Origin: an uncultured Solirubrobacterales bacterium
Lineage (GTDB): Bacteria; Actinomycetota; Thermoleophilia; Solirubrobacterales; Solirubrobacteraceae
Direction: 5' to 3'
Assembly: GCA_963844125.1 (NCBI GenBank)
Contig: CAWJNB010000002.1
Coordinates: 174,375-238,374 of the forward strand
Length of the DNA: 64,000 nucleotides
Shown here: piece after piece, positions 41,720 through 52,784 of the stretch
Layout: every line of letters starts with the position of its first letter
How positions within the stretch are numbered: position 1 is the first letter of the stretch
Notes under the pieces: model-generated
Databases searched by the model: none
The model's input: the letters and a program-made list of their open reading frames with translations, nothing else
Told to the model about the DNA's origin: nothing
Made by a program: the position numbers and the translations under genes

Positions 41720-41757
41720 GCTGGCCGATCGGCGATCCCATTGATCGACGATCGGTA
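41720..41757. repeat. REP-like imperfect hairpin, copy 2
   Basis: Similar to 33136-33175; lies in the insert between pstC2 and pstA2. Confidence 0.7.
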
Positions 41758-41799
41758 CACGAGTGACCGAGGACGCCGATCCAGCGCAGTCATGCGTGC

Positions 41800-42714
41800 T
41801 CATGTCCTGATGCCGTACTTCTTCATCGGCTGCTTCACCGCCCAGGCGGCGACCGAGAGGAACGCGCAGGAGACGAGCAGCACCGCGGCCATCGCATACA
41901 GCGTCTGTTCGAGCGGCACCACCGAGATGCCATCGATGTAGGCGATGATCGTCGCCGCCAGCGGGCGCACGGGCTCGAACAGGAAGGTGACCCCGTCCAG
42001 CGGGTTGACCGCATATGCGCGCGAGCCCGCGACCATCGAGAGCATGATCGCCTCGCCCAAGGCGCGCCCGGTCGCCAGCACCGTCGCCGCGAGAATCGCC
42101 GGGCGCACCGTGCGCAGCGACACGCGCCACATCGTGCGCCAGCGGTTGACGCCCAGCGCCGCCGAGCCCTCCGTCCACGAGCGTGGCACGGTCTCCAGCG
42201 CCGCGACGATGATCGCGACCATGATCGGCACGATCATCAGCGCCAGGATCAGCACCGCGGTCGTCAGGTTGGTGCCGGTCAGCTGCACCACGTACTGCAC
42301 CGAGTGTTTGCGCCGCTGCGAGATGAAGCCCTGAATCCAGGGCGCCACCACCAGGATGCCGATCAGCCCGTAGATCACCGACGGCACCGCCGCCAGCAGC
42401 TGGATCACGGGGTCGATCACGCGTCGCACCGCCGCGGGCGCCAGCTCGACGACGAACACCGCCGCCAGCACCGACATCACGAGCGCTGCGAGCACCGCCA
42501 GCCCGGTCGTCACGATCGTGTCCCAGATCAGCGGCCAGGCGCGGATGTAGTAGTCGTAGTGCGCCGGGTCGCTCGGCCCGGTGATGATCGCTTTCAGCTG
42601 CTGATCGACGTCTCCTCCGGGGAAGAACCACTTGATCCCGTTGTGCGCAAACGAGGGCCAGGCCTTCGAGAACACCGTCACCAGCATCAGCGCGATCAGC
42701 GCCAGCACGCCCAC
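41800..42714 (-). CDS. pstC: PstC (operon 2); true start probably further upstream, near 42900
   Basis: [38 protein letters not shown]. Confidence 0.9.
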   Translation of the reverse strand: MGVLALIALMLVTVFSKAWPSFAHNGIKWFFPGGDVDQQLKAIITGPSDPAHYDYYIRAWPLIWDTIVTTGLAVLAALVMSVLAAVFVVELAPAAVRRVIDPVIQLLAAVPSVIYGLIGILVVAPWIQGFISQRRKHSVQYVVQLTGTNLTTAVLILALMIVPIMVAIIVAALETVPRSWTEGSAALGVNRWRTMWRVSLRTVRPAILAATVLATGRALGEAIMLSMVAGSRAYAVNPLDGVTFLFEPVRPLAATIIAYIDGISVVPLEQTLYAMAAVLLVSCAFLSVAAWAVKQPMKKYGIRT

Positions 42715-42904
42715 CGACAGTGCGCCAGCGCGAGCTCGGCGCGACCGTCGGGCGTGTTCCTGCGCAAGCGCGCGCCAGGCGCAAGCTCGGCTCGACCGTC
42801 CGGCGTGTTCCTGCTCGAGCGCCTGCGCATCGTCGCTCAGGACCCGCTCTGAGTCCGGCGCCGGGCGGACGCTCGCCCGGCGCGCCGTGAGCGGGTCGAG
42901 TGCT

Positions 42905-43774
42905 CTAGTGGACCGTGATCCACTGCGAGCCGATGATCTTTTTCGTCGTCTTGTTCCCGCTCGTGACCCACGCGATGAACTTCTCCGCCGCGCCCTTCGG
43001 GATGCCCTTGGTCACCATCCAGAAATTACGCACGCCCTGGTACTGACCGGACTTGGCGTTCTGCAGCGTGCAGGGGATGCCCTGGTAGCCGACCGCGTGG
43101 ACGCCGGCGGTGAACGCGAACGACACGAAGCCGATCGCGTTCGGGTCGTTTTTGACCTTGCTCTGCACCAGACCGTTGCTTTCCTCGGCCTCCGCGCTCG
43201 GGGAGATCTTCAGCGTCGGACCCAGGAAGATGTTCTGGAAGGCGTCCTGCGTACCGGATGAGGCGATGCGGTCGACGAGGTCGATCGAGCCCGAGATCTG
43301 CGCGCCCGGGACTTCGCTCCAGTCGCGCACGTTGCCGGTGAAGATCGACTTGACCGCTTCCTGGTTGAGGTTCGTCAGCGGGTTCTTCGGGTTCGTGATC
43401 ATGCACACGCCGTCGCGCGCGATCTTCGTGAACACCAGCCCGTGCGGGTCGATCCCGATTTCCGGATCGCGCGAGACGTCGCCGATGTCGACTTTGCCCG
43501 CGTTCACTTCGTTGATGCCCGCATCGGAGGTGCCCTGGCCGACCTTCGGGGTCGGCTGGTGCGTCGCCTTGTGGTAGGCGGCGGCCAGCTGGATCATCAG
43601 CGGGTAGATCGAGGTCGAACCGCTCAGCAGCAGCGCGCGCGCGCCGGCGACGGCGGGGGCGGCCACCGCCAGCGCGGCGATGGTCAAAAGGACGGTCATA
43701 GTGCGGGTAGGTCGTCGCAAGGCGTGCTCCTTGGTGATCGGGATTCGAGCGCCAGTCTCGGAGCACGCGGACAT
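42905..43774 (-). CDS. pstS: Phosphate-binding protein PstS (operon 2, short type, no lipobox)
   Basis: SGSTS, GTSDAGI, DIGDVSRD, IARDG, RIASSGTQDAF, NAIGFVS. Confidence 0.9.
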   Translation of the reverse strand: MSACSETGARIPITKEHALRRPTRTMTVLLTIAALAVAAPAVAGARALLLSGSTSIYPLMIQLAAAYHKATHQPTPKVGQGTSDAGINEVNAGKVDIGDVSRDPEIGIDPHGLVFTKIARDGVCMITNPKNPLTNLNQEAVKSIFTGNVRDWSEVPGAQISGSIDLVDRIASSGTQDAFQNIFLGPTLKISPSAEAEESNGLVQSKVKNDPNAIGFVSFAFTAGVHAVGYQGIPCTLQNAKSGQYQGVRNFWMVTKGIPKGAAEKFIAWVTSGNKTTKKIIGSQWITVH

Positions 43775-43780
43775 CCAGAC

Positions 43781-43824
43781 GTGAACAGGATGTGAACGCG
43801 GGCAAATGTTCTCAAGTCGTTAAC
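43781..43824. promoter_or_regulatory. Back-to-back PHO-box-like repeats in the divergent promoter
   Basis: GTGAAC-aggat-GTGAAC (43781-43797, facing pstS2) and GTTCTC-aagtc-GTTAAC (43808-43824, facing right). Confidence 0.7.
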
Positions 43825-43857
43825 AGGTCGGCCTGCGGAGCGGATCAATCTGCCGGG

Positions 43858-45859
43858 GTGACTCGTCGGCCTCGCGCACGCGGCGTCCGGTCTCATGGGC
43901 GCGCATGCGTTCGTGCCCGGACAACGCCCGTTTTCCTCGCGCTCGTCTTGCTGCTCGCGGCGCTGGCGCACGTGCCGGCGGCTGAGGCTCTGATCTCCCC
44001 CGTCACCACGATCGACGGCGCGAGCTCGGAAATCGTCGAACTCGGCGGCGTCGCGATGGCCAGCGACGGCAGCGGCGGGATCGTCTACCGCAAGCGCGTC
44101 GAAGGCCGTCCGCACGTCTTCGCCGCGCTCTACTCGGCGGGGTATGGCAGGCCCCCCAGCGCGTGGACGTCGGACAGCGCTTCGAATCCTCCTTCCCCGC
44201 GATCGCCGCCGGCGAAGGCGGGCGCCTGGTCGTGGTCTGGACCAACCACTATTCCTCCACGACCGACGGTCTCTTCTCGGCGGCCCTGGAGCCCGGCTCG
44301 ACCGGCTTTCAGTTGCCTGTGCCGGTCGACCTGAACATCGGCGAGGCGATCGGCACCTACCCCTCGGTGGCGATGAACCTCGCCGGCAACGCGCTCGTCG
44401 TCTACCGCGTGATCACCGCCGTCAGCGGCCCCTCCACGCCGGAAATCCCGCCCGGCTACGTCAAGGCGGAAGTCCGCATGGCTCGCTTCGACGGCGAGTA
44501 CTGGTCCTCCTTCGGGCAGCCGATCAATCGCAACCCCGCCCAGCCGATGCTCGCGCCGACCGCCGCCAACTCCCCCAAAGTGGCGATCGACCTCACGGGC
44601 CAGGGCCTCGTCGCCTGGCAGGAGCCCGACGACACCTTCGTCAACCGCATCTACGCGCGGCGCATCTTCGGGACGGTCCCCGGCAACATCCTGCAGGTCA
44701 GCCCCTCGACCTACGCGGGTCACACGCTGAACGGCCCCGCCGACGAGCTCGCGCTCGATGTCGGCGGCTTCGGCGAGGGCGCCGTCGCATGGCGCCAGCA
44801 GCCGGCCCCCGGCTCGGGCTTCACCCGCCCGCGCGTGTTCGTCAACGAGATCCCCTCCTCGTTCGATCCCCACGGCTCGGCCTTCGCCGCGCGCGCGCAT
44901 CGTCGACGGCGGCGGCGCCGAAGGCCCGGGAGGCCCGATCGGCCCGCTGAGCGCGGCTGTCGACGGCGAGGGCGACTTCGACGTCGGCTTCGGCTCGGGC
45001 GTCGCGAGCCTCGACGCGCGCGGTACCGAAGCCACGCTCGCCACGCCCGTGCGCATGGACGACGGGGCCGGCGACGTCGCCGGCGACCCGGTTCTCACCC
45101 GCGCCGACAACGGTGCGCTCGCCGCCGCCTGGAAGGTCGACGAGCACGGCGCCGGGGCGGTCGGGGTGCTCGAGCGCCGCGCCGACGGCACCCCCAACCG
45201 CGAGCTCGTCTCCGCCCCCGGCGGCGGCACCGTGCACCAGCTGCAGCTCGGCGCCTCACACCACGGCGACGCGCTGATCGGCTTCCTCCAGGGCGACGGC
45301 GCCAACACCAAGATCGCCGTCGTCGTCGTGCGCGCCCCCCCGGGCGAGTTCGTGCTCGACACCCCCTCCGGTTGGGTCCACGCGGCGAAAGTCCCGTTGC
45401 AATGGGAAACCCCGCTCGCGGGGGCGGGCAAGCTCACCTACGACGTGCTCGTCGACGACCGCGAAGTCGCCGAAAACCTCACCGCCACCGAAACGATTCT
45501 CAGCGGCTCGGAGATCGCGAACGGCGTGCACACGATCCAGGTCGAGGCGACCGACTCGCTCGGGCAGGTCGTCGACTCGATCCCCGCCACGATCAAGGTC
45601 GATCGCTCGCCGCCGAAAGTCAGCGTGCGTGTGCGTGGGAGCTCGGTGACCGTGCGGGTGAGCGACGGGGCCAAAGGGCAGGTCTCGGGCGTTGACACGA
45701 GCTCGGTCCACGTCAAGCTTCGGGGACGGGCGCTCCGGGCATGGTCGCACCGTGCTTACTCATCGCTACTCCTCCGGTGGCTCCTACACTGTGACCGTCA
45801 CGGCAACTGACAAGGCGGGAAATCGCGCCAGCGTGCGCAGGCAGGTGCGGGTCTCGTGA
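43858..45859 (+). CDS. Secreted beta-rich protein with C-terminal Ig/PKD-like domains, frameshifted
   Basis: Signal peptide; repeated P.VA.D..G..VAW blades; GVHTIQVEATDSLG; YTVTVTATDKAGN tail. Confidence 0.75.
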
Positions 45860-48066
45860 GGCGGGGCGTCGTCACAGCCCGGCTTGTCGTCGCTGCTCGG
45901 CTCGTCGTGGCGCTGCCGGTTGTTCTTTGCATGCTCGTCCTCGCCTCCTCGGCCCATGCGATCTATGGGCCGGCGGCGGGGGGGTTTGGCGCTGAAATCG
46001 TCTCGGTCGATCGGGCCTCCGACGAACAGGCCGACGCTTCGACGACCGACGCCGCGATCTCGGCGAACGGGCGGTACGTCGTGTTCCAGACGCGGGCTAC
46101 GAACTTCTTCGAAAACGATGGCGTTGTCGGCGGCGATCCCGAACCCCCGGGCGCCTGTCGCGAGGGCGGCATCTTCCGTTACGACCGCGACACCGGGGAA
46201 CTGGCGCTCGTCGCCGACGGCACCGAGGTGGAATTGAACGCCAAAGGCGAATGCGATCCGTCGGACGTGATCTTCCGTGGCGCCGAGAACCCCTCGATCA
46301 GCGCGAACGGTCAGCTACGTCGCCTTTTCGACCGCCCAGCAACTCGTTCCCGCAGGACACCAACGAAAACGTCGATGTCTATGTACGCGATATGGACGTG
46401 CCGCTGACCGTCGACCGCAAGGGCTCGGGCGCGTACACGCTTGTGTCGGCTAAGAGCAGTGGGGAAGAACCGGCCATCTACGCTCCGCGCGACCCGCCGT
46501 TGAAGGGTGACGAACCAGGCGCCGACGTGTGGCCGAACACGGCCATCTCCGCTGACGGCCGCTATGTCGTGTTCCGCACGGCCGAATCGATGTCAGACCT
46601 GCCAGACCAGGCGATGGTGGAAACACCGACAGGAACAGCTGTTCGTACGCGACCTGCAAGCCAAGACGACGACACTCATCAGCGTCGAGAAAAAGGTGAA
46701 CCCGACGAAGGCGGACCGGTTGGAGGGGCGATCGGGCCGGCAACGATCAGCGCCGATGGCTCGACCGTGGCGTGGGTGTCCATGAATTCACCGGAACAGA
46801 CCGTCTTTCTGTCGGGTGAGGATCCCAAGTAGGACGACTCGCTACTACCTGTGGCGGCGCTGGCAGGAACCGGGAGCCACGACCAGGCGCATCACCGGGA
46901 TAGCCGATCCCGAAGACCCCGAATGTCCGCCCGAAGGCACCATCGAAGCCGCCAACCCACGGCCACCGGCCCATGCTACGGGCCGCTCACCTATCCCGAG
47001 GGACAGCTGGTGCCGATCTTCGGCACCGCCCCGGGGCTCAGCGAAGACGGTTACACGGTCGCCTTTCTCGCCGGCGGCCGCGCTGCGTCCCAACATCACC
47101 AAGGCGGAGGGGCTGGACGTGTTCCTGACGAACATGCGCCCTGGCGTCACGCGCAAGGCCGGCACGCGCGAGCTGACCCTGGCGGCTTCATCCGGTGCCC
47201 AAGGCTCGACGCAGTCGATCGAATCGATGGCACTCTCACCCGACGGCTCGACGATCGCGTTCACCACGCCGCGCGACAGCTTCGTTCTGCCCGAACCCGA
47301 TCCAATCGGCACCTTCCCGCCTCTGCCTACACTCAGCGACCTCTACGTGATCCATCTGACGGCGAACACGCTCGAACGAGCTGTTGTGGACTATGAAGGT
47401 GGCGAATTGAACGGGTCGATGTCGATCGACCCGGCACTCGATCAGGACGGCTCGACCGTAGCCTTCGTCTCCGCCGCCAGCAATCTGATCTTCGGCGACG
47501 CCAACGGCGTTCCCGACGCCTTCGCCGCGACGCTGCAGACTCCCGGTGGCACCGCCGCGCCGCCGGCCGGCGTCAACTCCGGCTCGGCGGGCTTTGCCCT
47601 GACCGCGCTCTCCTCGCCCGAACTCGGCGTCACCGTCAAGCGCGCCAAGGACGGTGGCGTCACCCTGCTCGTGGAGACGCCCGGCCCCGGCAAGCTGACG
47701 GCGAAGGCCCGCGGCTCGATCCCAAAGATAACGCCGGCAAAGAAGGCAAAGAAGGCCCGTGCGAGCGGCGCCCCCGCGCGCGCGGCCAAGGCCAAGCCCA
47801 AGCCCAAGAAGAAAAAAGCCTCACCGCCTGTCCTGCTCGCAAGTGGGACCGCCACCGCCCGCTCGGAGGGCACGACCACGCTCACGCTCCACATCTCCGC
47901 CAAGTACGTCAAGGACCTCCAGCGCGCCGGCAAGCTCAAAGCCAACATCACGATCGCCTTCACGCCCCCCGCACCGGCCGAAGCGCTCTCGGACGAAGTT
48001 TCCGCGACGTTCGTCTCGGCATCGCCGACGAAGAAGCCCATCGTGAAGGGCAAAGGCAAGAAGTAG
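45856..48066 (+). CDS. Secreted TolB/PD40-like beta-propeller protein with basic C-terminal domain, frameshifted
   Basis: AISANGRYVVF, AISADGRYVVF, ISADGSTVAW, LSPDGSTIAF, DQDGSTVAFVS; GTGA overlap. Confidence 0.8.
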
Positions 48067-48105
48067 GCTACGGGTATGTAGGCAAGTCCACAAGATCCGC
48101 TCCTT

Positions 48106-48144
48106 GTTACCGACTTGTTACCAATCTGCAATCAAGTCGTAACT
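48106..48144 (+). promoter_or_regulatory. PHO-box-like 11-bp repeats upstream of the PstS-like gene
   Basis: GTTACC (48106), GTTACC (48117), degenerate GCAATC (48128), GTAACT (48139). Confidence 0.55.
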
Positions 48145-48278
48145 TCGCGTCATAACTTGATGCCGGGACGTTACCGGCTTGTATATCTTCTGTGAACGGA
48201 CTTGCGCTCGGGTTATGGCGCTGTGAGACTCGCGTCGTTCCCGACCTCTGTTCGTGAAAGGATCTATCCTGCTCATGC

Positions 48279-50411
48279 GTGCAAGCTTTCCCTCTGACCG
48301 CTGAACGCGGTCGTCTCTACGCCGCCGTGGCTGCGCTCTGTGCGGTGGCCGCCCTGGCCCTCGCTGTGATGTCGCCGTCGTCGGCGCATGCTGAATTCAC
48401 CCTCAAACCGTGCGAAGGCGGTTCCGTGCAGGGCGAGGGCTCCTCGTTCCAGAATGCCGCTCAGGGAGAGTTCAAACTGGTCTTCAACAGCTCGTTCGGC
48501 TGCGAAGGCTCGCTCAGCAAATCTCCGGTGACCTATGTGTCGGATGGGAGCGGATGCGGGATCGCGTCGATCGGCGGTGGGGGTGCGTCAGGCAAATGCT
48601 CTGACTTTGAAATCACCGGAGAAGTAGCGAAAGGTGGCTACCGCGACCCGAACACCCGCTTTGGTGGCAGCGATGCTCCGCTGACCCCCGAACAGATGGT
48701 GGCTGCAGACGCTACGAGCAGTACGCACCCCGGTCTTATCCATATCCTGCCGGTAGCTGTTGGTGCAACGGCGGTCATCGTGCATTTCCCCGAAGGATGC
48801 AAGCTCGAAAATCCTGCTCTGTCTGGCGGAAACGGTGATACGAGCACGGGTGGGCTAAAAGCAGGAGAAAAAGGCACCGGCAGTGAAGTCGAAGGTCAGA
48901 ACAACGATCCTACCGGCGCATATACAGGCGACAAGTTCTCAGAAGGTACGCTGCGGCTGCACATCCCGGCTGGAACGCTCGAGGAAATCTGGAGCGGCAA
49001 ACCGATGACATGGGGTGAAGTCACCAAAGACAAAATGACCGGTGCGCCGACCAACGCACTGGAGGCGGAAGAAGGGTTTACAACCTGCGACGCGGTACCG
49101 ATCCGCCGCATCGTCCGTTTCGACGGTTCGGGCACGACATACAACTTCAAGGCGTACCTGAGTCTTCTCCCGGTTGGTGTTGGGGGCTCTACGACTAACA
49201 AAGTCTGGGCGGAATCTCCTGTGGTTGGCACCAACACTACATGGCCGCTGACGACAAGCAGCACCGGAGTGCCAAAACCTGTACCCACTAAAGCTGGCGC
49301 CGAAGAATTTGTAAACGAGTGCAACAAAACAGTAAGTGGTCCGAATAGGATCTGCACTGGATCAGCCAACGGCAACCCCTTTGTTGCCGCGGCGGTGGCC
49401 GCAACCGATGGTTCCATTGGATACTCGGACCTGGCGACCGCACGCCAGAATGGATTTACCATCACACCAGAATCCAAAAACGGTGGCAAACCGGACTACA
49501 CCTACTGGATTCCGCTGCAGACCATCAATCCCGAAGATTCGGTCAGCACACGCGTCGGCAGCAACTATGTCGAGCCGACAGTAAGCCCGACATCGAATAT
49601 CGGTAATGGCGCAGAAGTGAGAGGCTCAAACTGCACCAACGCTGACTATCGAGGCATCCCGGAAGTCACTCCCGGCGACCCCGACCCGACACTCGGCGAC
49701 TGGGCGAATGCGATCGGCACCGGAAGCAAGGACACGACCACGTATGCCAACTGTGCCATCACGTACGACTTCGTGTGGGACGACGATGCGCCGGTCTACG
49801 GCAACACACTGGAAGAGCAGGCCAAGGCACGCACGATCAAGGACTACTTCTCAACCATCGAGTCTTCAGGAGGGCAGCTGAGTCTGCAGGGCGAAGACTA
49901 CGGTTCGTTGTCGCCCACGATCATCAACATCGCGCACATCGGCGTGGATGCGATCGGCTGGGACAAGACGGCTGGCTCTGGTGGTAGCCACGAAGTAGAA
50001 CCAACACCGAAACCGCCAGCCACAATCACTCCTACGCTTACAACGACCCCGACAGTCGTCGCACCCCCAAGCAACGCGTTCTCGATCGCGGGCGCGAAGA
50101 TCAAGGGCAAGGACGTAGTCCTCTCGCTCGTGCTCCCCGGCGCCGGTAAAGTCCAGATCAAGGCGACCGGTGGTGGAGTGACGGTGGCGAATGTGACGGC
50201 GAGCGTGGGTGGCGGTCAGGGAACGGTGACGTTGCCGATCTCGAGTGCCGCGCAGAAAAAGCTCGCGAAGGTCAAGGGCCACAAGCTCTCGGTCAAGATC
50301 ACGGTGACGTTTACGCCCACGGGCGGGACGGCGGCGAGCAAGACGAAGACGATCACGATCACGCAGGCCGCGATCACGCCGAAAAAGAAGAAAGGCAAGA
50401 AAAAAGGCTAG
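48279..50411 (+). CDS. Large PstS/DING-like phosphate-binding protein with basic C-terminal domain
   Basis: GEGSSF, DGSGCG, FGGSDAPL, RFDGSGTTYNF, DGSIGYSD; Pro/Thr linker; Lys-rich tail. Confidence 0.82.
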   Translation: MQAFPLTAERGRLYAAVAALCAVAALALAVMSPSSAHAEFTLKPCEGGSVQGEGSSFQNAAQGEFKLVFNSSFGCEGSLSKSPVTYVSDGSGCGIASIGGGGASGKCSDFEITGEVAKGGYRDPNTRFGGSDAPLTPEQMVAADATSSTHPGLIHILPVAVGATAVIVHFPEGCKLENPALSGGNGDTSTGGLKAGEKGTGSEVEGQNNDPTGAYTGDKFSEGTLRLHIPAGTLEEIWSGKPMTWGEVTKDKMTGAPTNALEAEEGFTTCDAVPIRRIVRFDGSGTTYNFKAYLSLLPVGVGGSTTNKVWAESPVVGTNTTWPLTTSSTGVPKPVPTKAGAEEFVNECNKTVSGPNRICTGSANGNPFVAAAVAATDGSIGYSDLATARQNGFTITPESKNGGKPDYTYWIPLQTINPEDSVSTRVGSNYVEPTVSPTSNIGNGAEVRGSNCTNADYRGIPEVTPGDPDPTLGDWANAIGTGSKDTTTYANCAITYDFVWDDDAPVYGNTLEEQAKARTIKDYFSTIESSGGQLSLQGEDYGSLSPTIINIAHIGVDAIGWDKTAGSGGSHEVEPTPKPPATITPTLTTTPTVVAPPSNAFSIAGAKIKGKDVVLSLVLPGAGKVQIKATGGGVTVANVTASVGGGQGTVTLPISSAAQKKLAKVKGHKLSVKITVTFTPTGGTAASKTKTITITQAAITPKKKKGKKKG

Positions 50412-50452
50412 GAAGCAGCTGGCCAACCCTGTAAGTCCAAGCACAACGGCCC

Positions 50453-50487
50453 CGGCGCCCGGCACCGCAGTCAGGTGCCGGGCGCCG
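50453..50487 (+). terminator. Hairpin after the PstS-like gene
   Basis: CGGCGCCCGGCACC / GGTGCCGGGCGCCG 14-bp stem. Confidence 0.65.
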
Positions 50488-50545
50488 TCCGTGCTCCGGC
50501 GACCGTCGCGACAACCACCACGACAGAGAGTATTCCCGAGCACCT

Positions 50546-52784
50546 ATGACCGACGACGACATCCAGCCCGAGGACGCCGAGCCCGGCGACAGCAGTTCCC
50601 TGCCTGCGAACGGCCGTGCGCCGGGAGCCGCCAGCGCTCCCAAGTCCCGTCCCTCCGCCTCGCGTCCGCAGGTGCGTTCTGGTCTGGCGCACAAACGCAA
50701 TCCGGCGCTGGCCGCGGCGGGTGGCTTTGCGGTCGGTGTGCGCCGGCTCGTCTTCCGCGACAAGCTGGCGCTGTTCCTGACGGTCGCCTCGATCGCGCTG
50801 GCGGTCACGTTCTTTGTGCTGCTGGGTTCGATCGGCCCGTCCAGTCACGGAACGGAACTGCCGATCAGCCGCGTGATCTCGCTGGCCGAACACAGACAGA
50901 TCGCCACGGCGACGCTGCTCGATCACGACGATCGCGTGGAGGTCGCGCTGAAGACCCCGACGGCTGGGAGCGTGCCGGCCGGTACCGCGTCCGGCGGCAC
51001 CACGGCGACGGGTACGACGGGGACGGCGGGTACGACGACATCCACCGAACAGCTCAACACGACTTCCAAAAACGCGCCGTTGGCCACGCCGGCCAAGCTC
51101 GAATACTGGGCGGCGTATCCCGTCTCGGGCGCACAGACGCAGGGGCTCTTGCAGACCCTCACGCGCGCGGGCGTGGTCGTCAACGTCGATCAGCAGTCGG
51201 GCAAGGCGCCCCGTGCGATCCTCGTGCAGTTCCTGCTGCCGATCCTGCTGCTCGTGTGCCTGTTCGCGTTGTTCATGCGCATCGGCGCCGACGGTGGCGC
51301 GGGTGGCATCGCCGCGTTCTCGGAGTTCACCGGCAAAGGGCGCAAGAAAGGCAAGGGCAAAACCGAAGCGATCACGTTCGCGGACGTCGCCGGTGCCGGT
51401 GAGGCGGTTGCCGAGCTGCGGGAGATTCGTGACTACCTGAACGACCCCTCGCGCTATCTGAACGTGGGCGCGGCGGCGCCGAAGGGCGTCCTGCTCGTGG
51501 GCCCTCCGGGCACGGGCAAGACGCTGCTCGCGAAGGCCGTCGCGGGCGAGGCCGACGCCTCCTTCTTCTCGCTGTCGGGCTCTGACTTTGTCGAGTCGCT
51601 CGTGGGCGTCGGCGCCGCGCGCGTGCGCGACCTGTTCGCCAAGGCCCGCAAGACGGCGCCCGCGATCATCTTCATCGACGAGTTCGATGCCGCCGGGCGC
51701 AAGCGCGGCGCCGGGATCGGGCAGGGAAACGACGAGCGCGAGCAGACGCTGAACGCATTGCTGGTTGAGATGGACGGCTTCTCCGGCGACGGCGGCCTGG
51801 TCGTGATGGGCGCGACCAACCGCCCCGACATCCTCGACCCCGCGCTCTTGCGCCCCGGACGCTTCGACCGCCAGGTCACGATCGACGTCCCCGACGTGCA
51901 CGGCCGGTTGGAGATCTTGCGTTTGCACGGCGGTAAGCGCCCGCTCGGCCCGGACGTCTCGCTAGAGGAGATCGCGCACCAGACCCCCGGGTTCAGCGGC
52001 GCGGAGCTCGCGAATGTGATCAACGAGGCCGCGCTGCTGAGCGTCCGCGACGCTAACCACGAGATCGACCAGGCACACGCTCGAGGAGTCGATCGACCGC
52101 GTCGTCGCGGGACCGGCGAAAAAGCACATCCTCACGCGTGATGAGCGCTGGCTGATATCCGTGCACGAGGCATCCCACGCCGTCGTCACCGATGCGCTGG
52201 GGCACACGACCTCGACGCGCAAGCTCTCGATCGTGGCGCGCGGGCGCACGCTGGGGACGGCCGCGCATATGCTCACCGATCGCGATCAGGTGATCCAGAC
52301 CGAGCAGGACCTGCAGCGCCAGCTGATCGTGATCGTCGCCGGCACCGCCGGGGAGCGGATCGCCTTCGGCAATCTCTCCACCGGCGTGAGCGACGACCTG
52401 CACGCCGCGACCTCTCTCGCGCGGAGCATGGTCACGTCGTTCGGGATGTCGCCGGCATTGGGGCCGGTGACGATCGGCGAGAAGGGAGGAGAGGTCTTCC
52501 TCGGCGCCTCGCTGCAGGACCTCGGCTCGGTCGGTCCATCCACGCTGGATCTGATCGATCGCGAGGTCGAGCGCCTCGTCGGCGACGCCGAAGCCCGCGC
52601 CGCGTTCATCCTCGACCGCCACTGGAGCGCTGTCGAGGAGACGGCCAATGCGCTGCTCGAGCAGGAGACGCTGTCCGGCGTCGCGCTCGACGCCGTCCTC
52701 TCCACCGTGCACGAGATGACGCTCGAGGAACTGCGCGACGTGCGCCGTCTCGCCCCCGAGCGCGACCCGGGGCGCAGACCTTGA
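50546..52784 (+). CDS. ftsH: ATP-dependent zinc metalloprotease FtsH paralog, one frameshift near 52075
   Basis: Two TMs, [46 protein letters not shown]. Confidence 0.95.
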
